DNA of 64,000 nt, taken from the IMG/VR virus record IMGVR_UViG_3300020392_000004. One strand, 5' to 3'. Positions 19,026-29,654 of this stretch are shown piece by piece. Origin of the DNA: a virus. The notes below the pieces were generated by a model that worked only from the letters and a program-made list of their open reading frames with translations, made no database searches and had not been told where the DNA came from. Made by a program: the position numbers and the translations under genes. Numbering within the stretch: the first letter of the stretch is position 1; every line of letters begins with the position of its first letter.

Positions 19026-20404
19026 TATATTTTAAAATCTGAATAATCTCTACCCCTATCTGCAACTGGTATATCGTCTGATATAAGGTTTTCTGCATTT
19101 TCTATTAGTTCTTCCTGTGCTTCTTGTTCACAATCATAGAGTTTCATACGACTTCTATCAATACCAATTACAAATCTCTTGAATATTGTAGGGTCATTAT
19201 ATCGATTCTTCAACTGTTTTACAACTAACTGGTCAAGGTCTTCAAGTTCGTCACTGGTAATCAATGCAAACATTAGGTCGGCTGTAGCTGGAAGTCCAAA
19301 GGATTCCGAAGTGTCTTCGAGTCCAATATCTGTGGAACCATAACCACTTCGGGTTGTTTGGGTTGCAGAGACCATAGGAACATCATACTCAACGGCAAGT
19401 CCACGAAGTTCCTCTGCAATACTTTTGACTAGGGTGTAAGAGTTTGCACCTGCGCCTGGTCTAATTCTATGACTTGCACATATATTCAGATAGTCAATAA
19501 AAATTATATCGGGTTGAAAATCTTTTTTGATATCCAACTCCTGTAGTAAGTGTCTAAAATGTCCAACATGAGCAGCTGCAGTTGGATACTCTTTGATAAT
19601 AAGTTTACCTTTTGTTTTGTTCTTGAGTTTCTCAACCTTTTTATCATACATTTTCTTTGATAGGTCGGGAATATCTTTCATAGGAACATTCATGATATTT
19701 GCATCTATCCTTTCTGCAATCCTTTCTTCTGACATTTCCAAAGTAATGTATAATACATTCTTGTTCATCATAAGACAACTTGCAGCTTGGTGACACATAA
19801 ACAATGATTTACCAACACCAGTTCCAGCAAGAACAATATTCAAAGTCTTGTTTGGTAAACCACCCTTGGTAATCTTGTTGAAATATTCTAGGTCAAATGG
19901 AATCTTCTCTTCTTCTGTATGATAGAATTCAAATCTATTATCTGAATCTTCCAACTGGTCGTGTCCAATGTGTGTATCAAAGGACACGGAAAGTGCATCT
20001 TTCAAAAGCTCTGGTATTTCACCCGTAGACCTTTGTGATTTCTTATCAATCACTTCGATAGAATCCATTACTGCAATATAGATTGCTCTATCTTTGCACC
20101 ATGATTCTGTCTCGTCTACTAACCAATCTTGAGGAGTTTCCTCACTCTCGAATTTACCAACTATTGATTTTGCATCTTGAACAACCTTTTCATTGATTGA
20201 GTTTGCGTTGTCAAGATTTATGAGAAGTGCTTCTTTCGTTGGTGGTTTTGTATACTTCTGAAAGTATGTATGAATTTCTTCAAATACAGTTCTTTCAGTT
20301 GTATCAGTGAAATACTCTGGCTTCAGAAATGGGATACACTTCCGTGTAAACTGTTCATTCTGAATCAGATTCTTGAGTATCGTCTGTTCTATTCGTGTTT
20401 CCAT
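19025..20404 (-). CDS. gp41: replicative DNA helicase (T4 gp41-like)
   Basis: AGTGVGKS Walker [22 protein letters not shown]. Confidence 0.96.
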   Translation of the reverse strand: METRIEQTILKNLIQNEQFTRKCIPFLKPEYFTDTTERTVFEEIHTYFQKYTKPPTKEALLINLDNANSINEKVVQDAKSIVGKFESEETPQDWLVDETESWCKDRAIYIAVMDSIEVIDKKSQRSTGEIPELLKDALSVSFDTHIGHDQLEDSDNRFEFYHTEEEKIPFDLEYFNKITKGGLPNKTLNIVLAGTGVGKSLFMCHQAASCLMMNKNVLYITLEMSEERIAERIDANIMNVPMKDIPDLSKKMYDKKVEKLKNKTKGKLIIKEYPTAAAHVGHFRHLLQELDIKKDFQPDIIFIDYLNICASHRIRPGAGANSYTLVKSIAEELRGLAVEYDVPMVSATQTTRSGYGSTDIGLEDTSESFGLPATADLMFALITSDELEDLDQLVVKQLKNRYNDPTIFKRFVIGIDRSRMKLYDCEQEAQEELIENAENLISDDIPVADRGRDYSDFKI

Positions 20405-21407
20405 ACTTAAAATATTGTTCTACTACTGTTTCGAGTCTTTCCATTACTTCTTCTGTAAAGTATTTCTCGGGGTTGTTGTTAATGGTCTTACCAAATTCTG
20501 TTTTACCATTTGGTAATTCAATTCTTGTTGAAGCTTTCTTGAATATTCCACTTGCAAGTGCAAGGTCAAGTAAACCATAGTATCTATCTAGACCCGTTTC
20601 ATAATTGAGTCTGACATCAACCATTCTGTTTTCAACGGTCAATCTTGATTTTGCATTCTTACAATGTATAATATTACCGACAACTTCTGTTCCCTCTTTC
20701 TCTTTTTTCTTGGATAGATAAATGATAGACGAAGCTGCATACTTCAATCCACTTCCACCACCCATTTCTTTTTGTGGGAACATTGAACCAATTACATCAT
20801 AAGTGTGATTAGTCACAATCATAGGGACACCTGCCCTACCAAGTTTTAGAGTCAATACTCTAAATGCACCTTTAACAACTTGAGCTCGAGTCATGTCTCG
20901 GGTTTCTTTACCCTCGGCAGTATCTTCGATTTCTTTCGTAGTTGATAACATACCAAGTGAATCAAGACACATTGCCATAGGCGGTCTCTTGTCCTCGGGT
21001 GTTTCCAAATACTTATCAAGTATGTTGATTGCCTGATTTCTGAATTCTTGAACTGTCACTACAGGCACGATAACAATTCTGTTTGAATCGATTCCTCTAT
21101 CTTCAATCATTTCTTTACTGATTGCAGATTCGGATTCGAAATAGATTACTGCAGCTTCGGGATTATCGTCAAGGAACTGTTTACACATTCCCAGTGCAAA
21201 GTAAGTTTTACCTGTTGCTGATTCTCCTGCGATTGCAGTGATTTTGTTTTTAGGAAGTCCACCATATAGTGAACCACTTAATAATGCATTGAAGATATAA
21301 CTCCCTGTATCTACGAAGGAATCAACATCTCCAGCTGCAACACCGTCTGAAACGACATTTGCATATTCGTTTCCCGATGCTTTAACTAGGTCTTTAATAA
21401 ATGACAT
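20355..21407 (-). CDS. uvsX: RecA-like recombinase UvsX
   Basis: [24 protein letters not shown]. Confidence 0.95.
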   Translation of the reverse strand: MSFIKDLVKASGNEYANVVSDGVAAGDVDSFVDTGSYIFNALLSGSLYGGLPKNKITAIAGESATGKTYFALGMCKQFLDDNPEAAVIYFESESAISKEMIEDRGIDSNRIVIVPVVTVQEFRNQAINILDKYLETPEDKRPPMAMCLDSLGMLSTTKEIEDTAEGKETRDMTRAQVVKGAFRVLTLKLGRAGVPMIVTNHTYDVIGSMFPQKEMGGGSGLKYAASSIIYLSKKKEKEGTEVVGNIIHCKNAKSRLTVENRMVDVRLNYETGLDRYYGLLDLALASGIFKKASTRIELPNGKTEFGKTINNNPEKYFTEEVMERLETVVEQYFKYGNTNRTDDTQESDSE

Positions 21408-21459
21408 ATACACCTCTCATAATGAATAATATCAGTATAGTATATATGGTGGGATTTGT

Positions 21460-21627
21460 CTAGTGGGTTTTATCGTTATTTGATAATTCTTTTAGTTTAT
21501 CTTCACACTTAACCATTTCTTGCAACATGGTTTTTACCACTGACATTTGTGCTTCCAAATGAATGATAAAACCAAAGATTGCAGCTATCATTAAGATATA
21601 GAAAATGTCCATTCCCGAGACTATCAT
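21460..21627 (-). CDS. small membrane protein (55 aa, not in ORF track)
   Basis: Manual translation MIVSGMDIFYILMIAAIFGFIIHLE...; ATGA overlap. Confidence 0.6.
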   Translation of the reverse strand: MIVSGMDIFYILMIAAIFGFIIHLEAQMSVVKTMLQEMVKCEDKLKELSNNDKTH

Positions 21628-22064
21628 AGTTCTACTATACCTTTCTCAATTAGAATCTCCCTGTTTGCAAGGTGACCCTTTTCAATCTCTTCTTTGTTTC
21701 CGCCACTGTATGGGACTGCATGACTATCTTCTATCATTTGTTTATTGATATCTACTTTAAGTTCGAACTGTGGGTGTCCCTCTGCATGGTGACCATATAA
21801 GGTTCCTAGGATTCTTCCAAACTTTCCTTTGTCATGTGAAACTAGTGATATACTATCACACTCTTCTAATAATCTTTTTAAATGTTTCTTCGAAGCTTTT
21901 CCAAACTTCTTTTCTACTAAATCTCTTGTTCGGCTTTCTGGCGTATCAATTCCAACCATTCTAACTCTTTGTTTTTTGTAAGTCATACCGAAACCTAAAT
22001 CGATATCGACATCTACTGTATCGCCGTCTACGACTTTTACTAATGATACTTTATATTCATACAT
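21624..22064 (-). CDS. staphylococcal nuclease (thermonuclease)-like protein
   Basis: VVDGDTVD...RVRMVGIDTPES...GKFGRILG. Confidence 0.88.
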   Translation of the reverse strand: MYEYKVSLVKVVDGDTVDVDIDLGFGMTYKKQRVRMVGIDTPESRTRDLVEKKFGKASKKHLKRLLEECDSISLVSHDKGKFGRILGTLYGHHAEGHPQFELKVDINKQMIEDSHAVPYSGGNKEEIEKGHLANREILIEKGIVEL

Positions 22065-22479
22065 GTTGATTGTGTTTCCTATGTTCAGACTTTTCTTCCC
22101 AGTGTTCGATTGCTTTCTTGATACAATCTTCTGCAAGAACTGAACAGTGTAATTTGATTGGTGGTAATTCTAATACTTCTGCAATATCCTTATCTTTAAT
22201 TAGTTTTGCCTCTTCAATAGTTTTACCTATTAACATATCAACAAATAAACTAGAAGAAGCGATTGCACTACCACAACCATAAGTTTTGAATTTGACATCT
22301 TCGATTCTTTCGTCAATATCTAATTTTAAATCTAACTTCATGACATCACCACAAGCAGGAGCTCCAGTCATACCAGTTGCAACATTTGGGTCTTTAGGGT
22401 CGAACCTTCCAACTGAATGTTTTTGTGGATTATTTAAGACTGACTCGAATCTTTCAACTACTTGTTTTGAATATGCCAT
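22057..22479 (-). CDS. iscU: Fe-S cluster scaffold IscU (auxiliary metabolic gene)
   Basis: GAPACGDVM, FKTYGCGSAIASSS, LPPIKLHCS. Confidence 0.95.
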   Translation of the reverse strand: MAYSKQVVERFESVLNNPQKHSVGRFDPKDPNVATGMTGAPACGDVMKLDLKLDIDERIEDVKFKTYGCGSAIASSSLFVDMLIGKTIEEAKLIKDKDIAEVLELPPIKLHCSVLAEDCIKKAIEHWEEKSEHRKHNQHV

Positions 22480-22487
22480 ACAACTAT

Positions 22488-25004
22488 TTATCCAAAGAAG
22501 GAGTCCAAACTTGCAACTGGTTCTACATTCCAGTTGATTAAATTTACTACGACTTTCAATGGTTCAACAAATGCTTTGTCAAACTGCATGTCATAATCTA
22601 CAAACCTATGTAAGTCAAACTCTCTAGGTAATACATTCATAAACGAAATAACATTCTCATTGATAGGATTCGGTGTTGTAAGATATGTAAAATGTATCTT
22701 CTCACCATTCTTAATCTTCTCGTATCTCATATCCACATTCTTTTTACCAAGGTGGTGATTGTATAGTAATGCACCTCTAGTATGGATAGGAGTTCCTTTA
22801 CCATATATGTGTGTTGGGTCTGAATATTGTGCAAGATTCTTACAACCTCTAGGGAATGCAGCCTCTTCGGGTGGTAGATTACGAAACTCTTTTCGTGCAT
22901 TCTCTACGAACTCCCAAAGGTCTTGTTCAGTCCCACTCATAACAACTTTGAAAGCTTCTGTGAGTTTGGTTCTGACCCATTGTGGTGTAGAAGACTTTGC
23001 AGTCTCGATACCCATCATCTTGAGTTTCGGTTCTGCAAGTCTTACACCTTCGTTGTCGTGGACATTTAGAATGTATCTTTTCTTTGCAGTCCAAATACCA
23101 CGGTCAGCGATTACCTCTCTCCCCATTTCCATTTTGTTTTGGAATGCATTTGTATATTCTGCAAGTTCGTTGAATCCGTCAGCGAGAACTTTCTCAAACA
23201 TACCTTCGGACTTGTTCAAGAAATCAATAATCTTACCCTTGTCTGTTTCTTCGGGAAGAACCTGTTTAACAAGTTTATCCATAGTGATATACACTGAATC
23301 TGTATCCATTGCAATCACAAAGTCTTCACCCTCTGTTCCAAGAGTCTTGTTCATAAATTCATTGATAGTTCTTTCTGACCACTGAATAATCAACTGACCA
23401 CTGGTAGTGATTGCCTCTGCAAGGTCAATAGAAAAGAATGCAAAGTATTGATTTGCCAATGCACCGTAAGCTGAATTCAGTGCAATCTTACGAACCATTT
23501 GATTGTTGTATGCACGCTTGATTAGGGTATCAAGTTGTCTTCGCCGTTTTGCATCTTTGCACGACTCTCGTTCAACTTGATACTCAATCATTTTCTTCTT
23601 CCACATTTTCCTTTCGTCATAGAACTTTTCCATGAGTTCGGGAAGGAAACCTTGACGGTTCCTAGTGAACTTTGTTCCGTTAGGACATACAGTATTGTTC
23701 TGTTGTTTTAGATATGATAGGTCACACTGTTTGTTTAGAAGTTTATCAATCGATACATCTTCTTTATATCCCTTCACCATTTTCTCGGGAGAGATATTGT
23801 ATTGCATAATGATATGGGGATATAGTGAGTTCAAGTCAAATGATACAACCCAGTTGTGACCACCCACCAAGGGTTCTTTGACATATGCACCTATGATAGG
23901 TTTGTTTTTGTCATTACCCGTCTTGAGTCTTTGAGGTGGAGTCTGAATATTTTGGTCTTTGAGGAAGTTGTATATAATAGTTTCCCAATACTTCACCATA
24001 CCAAATGTATCATTGTAATTACATTTTGCATTGTAAGACATTGCTTGAACCAACTCAATAAGTCCAAGTTTCTCTTCTAGTTCCTCAACCAATACAGCGT
24101 CTTGAACATTGTATTCAAGAAACTTTGCATAGTCTTGTCGGTAAAGGGTGTGTAGATTTCCATACTCTGAATAGTCGAGTTTCCCTTTACCGAGTTCGAC
24201 ATTTGCAATATGGTCTAGTCTGTATGATTCTTGATTTACAAAAGTATGTTTGCGGTAGAGTTCGAGATAATCAAGAACATTAATACCGTAAAGGTTATAA
24301 ACCATTTGTTTTTGATAACCCTGTGCAACAAATTCCCTAACATCTGATTGATTCCATGGTGATAATTTTTTATGTTCGTCTTCTCCTAGTATCCTATCGA
24401 TACGATTACAAAGATATGTGATATCAAAACTGTTTACATTCCAACCTGTGATAATATCAAAAGATTCCTTTCTCCAGTATTTAATAAACTCTATTAGAAG
24501 TGCAGCCTCATTCTTACAATTGTGATAGATTACATCTGTTCTGTTGTGTTCCCATGGGCCGATACCGAATACTACAGTTTCTTTACCAAAGGGTTTGATT
24601 GATATTGCATTGACCTTTTCATTTGCAAGTATGGGTTCGGGGAATCCGTCTTCACACTCACACTCGATATCAAGAGAAGCAGTCTTGATTAGTTTTTGAT
24701 TGTATTCTATGTCACCCTTGAATCTGTCTGCAATATAAGTGTAGATATATCTGTCATATCCATGAATTTCAAATCCGTCAACTCCAGCATATCTCTCTCT
24801 GAACTTTCTTGCACCACCCATGGAGTTTAGATTTACTGCTTCAAGGTGTCTTCCGTCCAATGAACGGAATGCTGTTTCTCCTTTCTTTGAGGGGATATAA
24901 TGATTAGGTCGATAAGAAACTGCAAGTTTTTCTTGTTTGTTTCCTTTATAACCTTTTACGAGAATCTTGTCTCTCGTGCGACAAACACTTGTATAGAAAT
25001 CCAT
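22488..25004 (-). CDS. gp43: family B DNA polymerase (T4 gp43-like)
   Basis: DIEC exonuclease motif, SFDLNSLYP, KIALNSAYG, MDTDS. Confidence 0.98.
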   Translation of the reverse strand: MDFYTSVCRTRDKILVKGYKGNKQEKLAVSYRPNHYIPSKKGETAFRSLDGRHLEAVNLNSMGGARKFRERYAGVDGFEIHGYDRYIYTYIADRFKGDIEYNQKLIKTASLDIECECEDGFPEPILANEKVNAISIKPFGKETVVFGIGPWEHNRTDVIYHNCKNEAALLIEFIKYWRKESFDIITGWNVNSFDITYLCNRIDRILGEDEHKKLSPWNQSDVREFVAQGYQKQMVYNLYGINVLDYLELYRKHTFVNQESYRLDHIANVELGKGKLDYSEYGNLHTLYRQDYAKFLEYNVQDAVLVEELEEKLGLIELVQAMSYNAKCNYNDTFGMVKYWETIIYNFLKDQNIQTPPQRLKTGNDKNKPIIGAYVKEPLVGGHNWVVSFDLNSLYPHIIMQYNISPEKMVKGYKEDVSIDKLLNKQCDLSYLKQQNNTVCPNGTKFTRNRQGFLPELMEKFYDERKMWKKKMIEYQVERESCKDAKRRRQLDTLIKRAYNNQMVRKIALNSAYGALANQYFAFFSIDLAEAITTSGQLIIQWSERTINEFMNKTLGTEGEDFVIAMDTDSVYITMDKLVKQVLPEETDKGKIIDFLNKSEGMFEKVLADGFNELAEYTNAFQNKMEMGREVIADRGIWTAKKRYILNVHDNEGVRLAEPKLKMMGIETAKSSTPQWVRTKLTEAFKVVMSGTEQDLWEFVENARKEFRNLPPEEAAFPRGCKNLAQYSDPTHIYGKGTPIHTRGALLYNHHLGKKNVDMRYEKIKNGEKIHFTYLTTPNPINENVISFMNVLPREFDLHRFVDYDMQFDKAFVEPLKVVVNLINWNVEPVASLDSFFG

Positions 25005-25010
25005 AATGTA

Positions 25011-25039
25011 ATTATACTAGAGAAAGACTATTCTGTCAA
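25011..25039 (-). promoter_or_regulatory. consensus sigma70 promoter of DNA polymerase
   Basis: TTGACA-N17-TATAAT, 6 nt before ATG. Confidence 0.85.
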
Positions 25040-25264
25040 TGTTCTTTTGCCTTCAAAATCAAAATGTTTTTTGATTACAGACTTGATTTCTTCCCAATGA
25101 CCTATCTTGTTGAGTTCATCTTCAACTGTCTTCATTATATCGGGGTGGTCTGCAACACCCGATGAATTTTTTGTTAAGACTTCAATGTTGATTTTATGTT
25201 TCTCAATCATTGCATCTGCTTGTTGCAGCTGCGCCATTAGTATTCTGTTTTCAAAATCTTTCAT
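25028..25264 (-). CDS. conserved hypothetical protein
   Basis: HKINIEVL...GVADHPDI motif. Confidence 0.75.
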   Translation of the reverse strand: MKDFENRILMAQLQQADAMIEKHKINIEVLTKNSSGVADHPDIMKTVEDELNKIGHWEEIKSVIKKHFDFEGKRTLTE

Positions 25265-25590
25265 TCTTCTTTATTTTCCTCTTTTATAAATTCTACTAAA
25301 TCACCTCTAGGTTGATTACCCGTCACACTCTTGAAGTTTTGAGCAAGAGTTGGATTTGGGTCAAACACTGTTTGTATTTGTTGGTCTAAAACTTTGAAAT
25401 GAAAATCTCTTGCATAAGGTATCCATGGTGCAAAGTTGACTTCCATTTGATTATTGTCTGCAACTGTTAATATGATTTGAGGTTCTATGATTGTAAAACC
25501 ATTTTTTTCGGGTTTTACAAAACCCATGATTACCTCACCAGTATTGAGACGGATACATTTAACTTTGTATCCTTTTATTGGTTCATACAT
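25261..25590 (-). CDS. hypothetical protein (Sm-like fold, T4-like conserved)
   Basis: IRLNTGEVIMG...FAPWIPY. Confidence 0.7.
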   Translation of the reverse strand: MYEPIKGYKVKCIRLNTGEVIMGFVKPEKNGFTIIEPQIILTVADNNQMEVNFAPWIPYARDFHFKVLDQQIQTVFDPNPTLAQNFKSVTGNQPRGDLVEFIKEENKEE

Positions 25591-26029
25591 TTCTCACAAT
25601 TTCTTGCAACTCAACAGACCTTCTACCGACCTGTCTGAACCAACGACTATCTTCCATCTCCACTGCCATTCTTTCCCAATCGTGGTCTTCTACTGCATTC
25701 AACATATTTTTGAATTTACCCAGTCTAGTCCCACCTAGGTTGAAACACATATTAACTAAAACCTCTTGTATCTCGCCTGGAAGACCTTCAAAAACATCAT
25801 GTCCTATAACATGTTTTGTTTCTTCTAAATGTTTTTCGAAATCGATTTCGTAGTATCTGTCTACTACTTCTTGACTTACTGGAGTTCCAGCTGGTTGCCC
25901 ATGTTCGGGGTCATTGTCTTGTATGAGATGTCCAACACCCAGTGTAAGATAGCCCAAAGAATCTGCGTATACTTCCAATACTTCACCTTCATGTCGCTTT
26001 ATTTGTTCCTTCAATTTTTCTATGTTCAT
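25583..26029 (-). CDS. lysozyme (GH24, T4 e-like)
   Basis: HEG...YADSLGYLTLGVGHL catalytic E/D/T; MCFNLG; DSRWFRQVGRR. Confidence 0.9.
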   Translation of the reverse strand: MNIEKLKEQIKRHEGEVLEVYADSLGYLTLGVGHLIQDNDPEHGQPAGTPVSQEVVDRYYEIDFEKHLEETKHVIGHDVFEGLPGEIQEVLVNMCFNLGGTRLGKFKNMLNAVEDHDWERMAVEMEDSRWFRQVGRRSVELQEIVRNV

Positions 26030-26306
26030 GCTTATCCCTCTCGATTTGTTCTTGCATAAGTTCAACAAGTATGTCTCCCATAAGATTGTTGAGTTCGATA
26101 TTATTTAGGAGTTCATCAAGGTCACCACCTTCGGGTATCCTTCGTATTGTTCTTTGAAAGTTTAAATGATTCTTATTCTCAACGAACTCTACTTTACCAT
26201 ATTGATATACTAATCCTTTCCATTCACCGTCAATAATTTCTATTGCAGCGTCTTTCTCATGTGGATTTTCTACAACTATGTATGTTTTACTGAATAATTT
26301 TTCCAT
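25989..26306 (-). CDS. conserved hypothetical protein
   Basis: GEWKGLVYQYGKV...MGDILVEL. Confidence 0.75.
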   Translation of the reverse strand: MEKLFSKTYIVVENPHEKDAAIEIIDGEWKGLVYQYGKVEFVENKNHLNFQRTIRRIPEGGDLDELLNNIELNNLMGDILVELMQEQIERDKHEHRKIEGTNKAT

Positions 26307-26826
26307 ATATGTAGTCTTCCATTTTCATAGATTGTTGTATATCATAATTATCATGTATGATTAATCTATCCATGAGATTAAAGTTCTTTCTAATATTATC
26401 TATTTGAGTTCTTCTACCTTGCAACCATACTTCTGATTGAGTATCTCCTCTTGAATGGTGTCTCTCATGTTCTATCCCTATGGGAACAGTTAATATAATA
26501 ACTTTTGCTTCATGATTATCTAACAACCATTCTATATCTTCATTACGAAAATATCTATCACCCTCTATAAGTGTATGTTTATATCTAGTTGTGACCTCTT
26601 CAATAAACTCTCTGAAATGAGGTATAGAACCATGTGATAATTTATCTGTTCCACCAAAAGTTTCACCTTCGGGATATTGACCTACAACTAATATATCTCC
26701 GTGTTCTTGACACTTGAATAATTTTTTAGGTTCAATAAGATTTGGTTCCTCGGGTAAACGAGAAAGTAAATTTCTCATTAATGTTGATTTACCACTACAG
26801 GGAATACCACCAATCAAAAATATCAC
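26287..26826 (-). CDS. P-loop nucleotide kinase of the type linked to DNA base-modification clusters
   Basis: GGIPCSGKST, GQY...FGGTDKLS, IEGDR, R...RG lid. Confidence 0.8.
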   Translation of the reverse strand: MIFLIGGIPCSGKSTLMRNLLSRLPEEPNLIEPKKLFKCQEHGDILVVGQYPEGETFGGTDKLSHGSIPHFREFIEEVTTRYKHTLIEGDRYFRNEDIEWLLDNHEAKVIILTVPIGIEHERHHSRGDTQSEVWLQGRRTQIDNIRKNFNLMDRLIIHDNYDIQQSMKMEDYIYGKIIQ

Positions 26827-27392
26827 GATATATTCCTTATATGATTACCCAGTAAATCTAATGCATTTTTATCTAAAGGGTCTAATGTTGTAGCGACACT
26901 TTGACCTTTCCTTCTGAATTTATTAGTATTGAGAACAAACACCTCAAAAGGAACTCCAAGTTCTTTTGCAAGTTCACTATGATAGTTTAATGTTTCTTCT
27001 CTGATTGAAAGTTGTCCTGTAGATATTATTCTAGGACAGTCTCCTAAAACTTTCTTGACTTCTAAAAAGTCCATGATTGCTCTCTTTAACATACTTGAAT
27101 CTAGATATGATTTACATTCAACTACAAATTTTGCTTCATCCTTATCATAAACATGTAAGTCAACCTGTATACCACCATTAGTATATCCACCAACTTCTGC
27201 AATTAGATAATCGTTTTGTTTTACAACCAAGTGAGGACTGACTTCATTGATTATCATTGTTGTTATTTCTTCGTATAATCTACCACAACCACCCCTTACT
27301 GCACCACCTTCGGGATATGTTCCGTCTAGTCCAGCAGTGTTTAATCCTCTCAATGTTGTATCGTAATGATTTAGTGTGTTAGAAAAATCCAT
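26823..27392 (-). CDS. PD-(D/E)XK restriction-endonuclease-like protein
   Basis: GRLYEE helix, QVDLHV...VVECKSYLD. Confidence 0.65.
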   Translation of the reverse strand: MDFSNTLNHYDTTLRGLNTAGLDGTYPEGGAVRGGCGRLYEEITTMIINEVSPHLVVKQNDYLIAEVGGYTNGGIQVDLHVYDKDEAKFVVECKSYLDSSMLKRAIMDFLEVKKVLGDCPRIISTGQLSIREETLNYHSELAKELGVPFEVFVLNTNKFRRKGQSVATTLDPLDKNALDLLGNHIRNIS

Positions 27393-28377
27393 CTAAACTC
27401 CCGTGTTTGTCTTTGTTATGTGGCCCAATCGGATTCTCTGATTTACCACCGATACCCATTGTTGCAACATGTTCATCACAATATGCAACACATGAAAGTC
27501 TTACTCCGTTTCCACGAATAGGTGTGACCCCATGTAATTCATTTGAATCTGCAATCAATACATCACCATCGTCAGCTTCGATTGCAAGACCGTATCTAGG
27601 AAAACATAAATTTGCACCTTTAAAATCTCCAATTCTAAAAACACACATTGTTGTCATTCCAAATTCTAAATCTTTACCGTCTACATGTGCAGACATTTTT
27701 GCAGTCCCTTCACTAGAATATCTGTTTGCAGATAAAGCTGTGATAGGTGCGCCCCCGATATGATACTTACTTTCAATATAGTTATCGGCAAAGGCTCTCT
27801 GCCTTCTCCATATATCGGGAGCTGCGACTTTTAATGCACCTTCATTGATAGGTGCAATGTTCTGTAATACTTCCATCTTCGGAATGTTCCCTTTCTTTTC
27901 CATCCAACCACTTGGTTTTATCATTCCAGTAAATCTTCCTCTCTTGTATCCAATCAATACAGAATGTATTGCATTTGATTCTGCAATACGATTGAACTTA
28001 CCATTCTTTTTAAGTGGATAGTAAGAGTTAGGTGTTCTTAATTTGTAATGGACTCCTTCAATCAATCCTTTCTTTTTCATTTCTTCGGGGTCGATTGGCC
28101 CAGCTGCATTTGCTCTCATTGTCGATACATCATCTATGGAGAACAAAGTGTCTTTTATATTCTGATACATGTCTCCAGTATACTCACCTTTTACAATATA
28201 TGCAAGTGGTGGTCTATCTCCGTCTATAGAAGCAACTGGTTTAGATACTTTTATTACCTTCTCATTTACTCCTATTGAAGATACTAAAGTATCATAGTCC
28301 GATTCGTCTAACCATTTACCGTTAAACTGTTCGTGTGTTTCTTTATATCCTAAATCTTTTTCTGCAACGAATTCCAT
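27379..28377 (-). CDS. TET/JBP-family 2OG-Fe(II) dioxygenase (5-methylpyrimidine oxidase)
   Basis: AHVDGKD (HxD), LCFPRY, DVLIAD..ELHGVTP, RLSCVAY (RxS); directly downstream of a C5-MTase. Confidence 0.85.
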   Translation of the reverse strand: MEFVAEKDLGYKETHEQFNGKWLDESDYDTLVSSIGVNEKVIKVSKPVASIDGDRPPLAYIVKGEYTGDMYQNIKDTLFSIDDVSTMRANAAGPIDPEEMKKKGLIEGVHYKLRTPNSYYPLKKNGKFNRIAESNAIHSVLIGYKRGRFTGMIKPSGWMEKKGNIPKMEVLQNIAPINEGALKVAAPDIWRRQRAFADNYIESKYHIGGAPITALSANRYSSEGTAKMSAHVDGKDLEFGMTTMCVFRIGDFKGANLCFPRYGLAIEADDGDVLIADSNELHGVTPIRGNGVRLSCVAYCDEHVATMGIGGKSENPIGPHNKDKHGSLDGFF

Positions 28378-29609
28378 GGTTCTAATATTTGTTTTTTCAC
28401 CTCTTCTACTAGGTAATATAGACATAGTGGTGCAACCATAAGTCCTATCCTTGCACCTTTGTCATTATAATCACCTGTCATTTTATAATCATTTGGTAAA
28501 GACATAAGTCTCACCATCTCCTTTGGAGTATATATTCTCTTCCCACTATAATGAAAATGATTACCACCCATAAACTTTGGTTGACAACCTTGTTCTGTTA
28601 GTGAATGAGCTGGAAGATTTTTTGGAACAATCCTTGACATATAATAAGAATGTTTTTCATTCTCGGGTGGAATGTTTCCTAGTCTTATATTCTCTTGATA
28701 CCATGGTTTTACAATATGGTCTCCTATAGAAATATAAGACATGTTATCTCCGTTTACTCCGTCAATCCCTTTACAGGGAGTGCAGTGTGATAGTTCGGGG
28801 TCGGGGTGCTTTTCAAATCCATGCACCCAATGACCTTTTGAACTATCAATCATTGCCTGTTCTAGATATTTTGCATCTTCGATATTTTCGGGGTCGTCCT
28901 GTAAATCGTCAATGGCTTCACCTATACTTGTTCTTTCTTCACTTGGTTGTGGAAACAATCCACTCAAACACATGAATGGCATTCCTATTGCATCTAATAC
29001 ATCGTCTCTGACACCAACCATGAATACTCTTTCTCTTTTTTGTGGAACTCCATGTTCATGTCCTTTCATAACTTTCCATGTGACTGAATAACCTAATGCT
29101 TCAAAATCGTTTACCATTTTGTTTAGGTGGTCTCTTGCATAATCCATGGATAGACCTTTTACATTCTCACATATAATAACTTTAGGCATTAAGTCTTTTG
29201 TGATTCTAATTTGTTCCCATGTCAAGTCTTCGATATTTTGTTGTTTCATACCGTATGCAATTTTCTCTTGTTCCCAACCTTCTCTTTTAGTTCCAGCCAT
29301 ACTGAATGGTGGACAAGGTGGAGAACCGTCAAGAATATCTAACTCAAACTTTTTGAGTCCAGTAAGTTCCATGATATTTTCACCAGTGACTTGTTTGATA
29401 TCTTTACACTCATGAACTGTATTTGGAAAATTCTTAAGATAGGTGTCTACATGAATCTGTTGAAACTCATTCATGTATCTTACATCACCACCTGCGAGTT
29501 TATATGCACACGATGAACCACCACCGCCTGCAAAAAATGTTATATAAGAAAATTTCTTTTCGGAACTGCGTTCCTGTAGGTCTTTTAAACTGTATTGAAA
29601 GTAAGTCAT
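28350..29609 (-). CDS. DNA (cytosine-5) methyltransferase
   Basis: FAGGGG (I), GSPPC (IV), ENV (VI), QKRERVF (VIII), RLMSLP (IX), IGLMVAP (X). Confidence 0.95.
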   Translation of the reverse strand: MTYFQYSLKDLQERSSEKKFSYITFFAGGGGSSCAYKLAGGDVRYMNEFQQIHVDTYLKNFPNTVHECKDIKQVTGENIMELTGLKKFELDILDGSPPCPPFSMAGTKREGWEQEKIAYGMKQQNIEDLTWEQIRITKDLMPKVIICENVKGLSMDYARDHLNKMVNDFEALGYSVTWKVMKGHEHGVPQKRERVFMVGVRDDVLDAIGMPFMCLSGLFPQPSEERTSIGEAIDDLQDDPENIEDAKYLEQAMIDSSKGHWVHGFEKHPDPELSHCTPCKGIDGVNGDNMSYISIGDHIVKPWYQENIRLGNIPPENEKHSYYMSRIVPKNLPAHSLTEQGCQPKFMGGNHFHYSGKRIYTPKEMVRLMSLPNDYKMTGDYNDKGARIGLMVAPLCLYYLVEEVKKQILEPWNSLQKKI

Positions 29610-29615
29610 ATGACT

Positions 29616-29645
29616 ATATTAACATAAACATAGTCATATTGACAA
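29616..29645 (-). promoter_or_regulatory. sigma70-type promoter of the modification cassette
   Basis: TTGTCA...TGT-TAATAT, 6 nt before ATG. Confidence 0.65.
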
Positions 29646-29654
29646 GTGGGTTTT

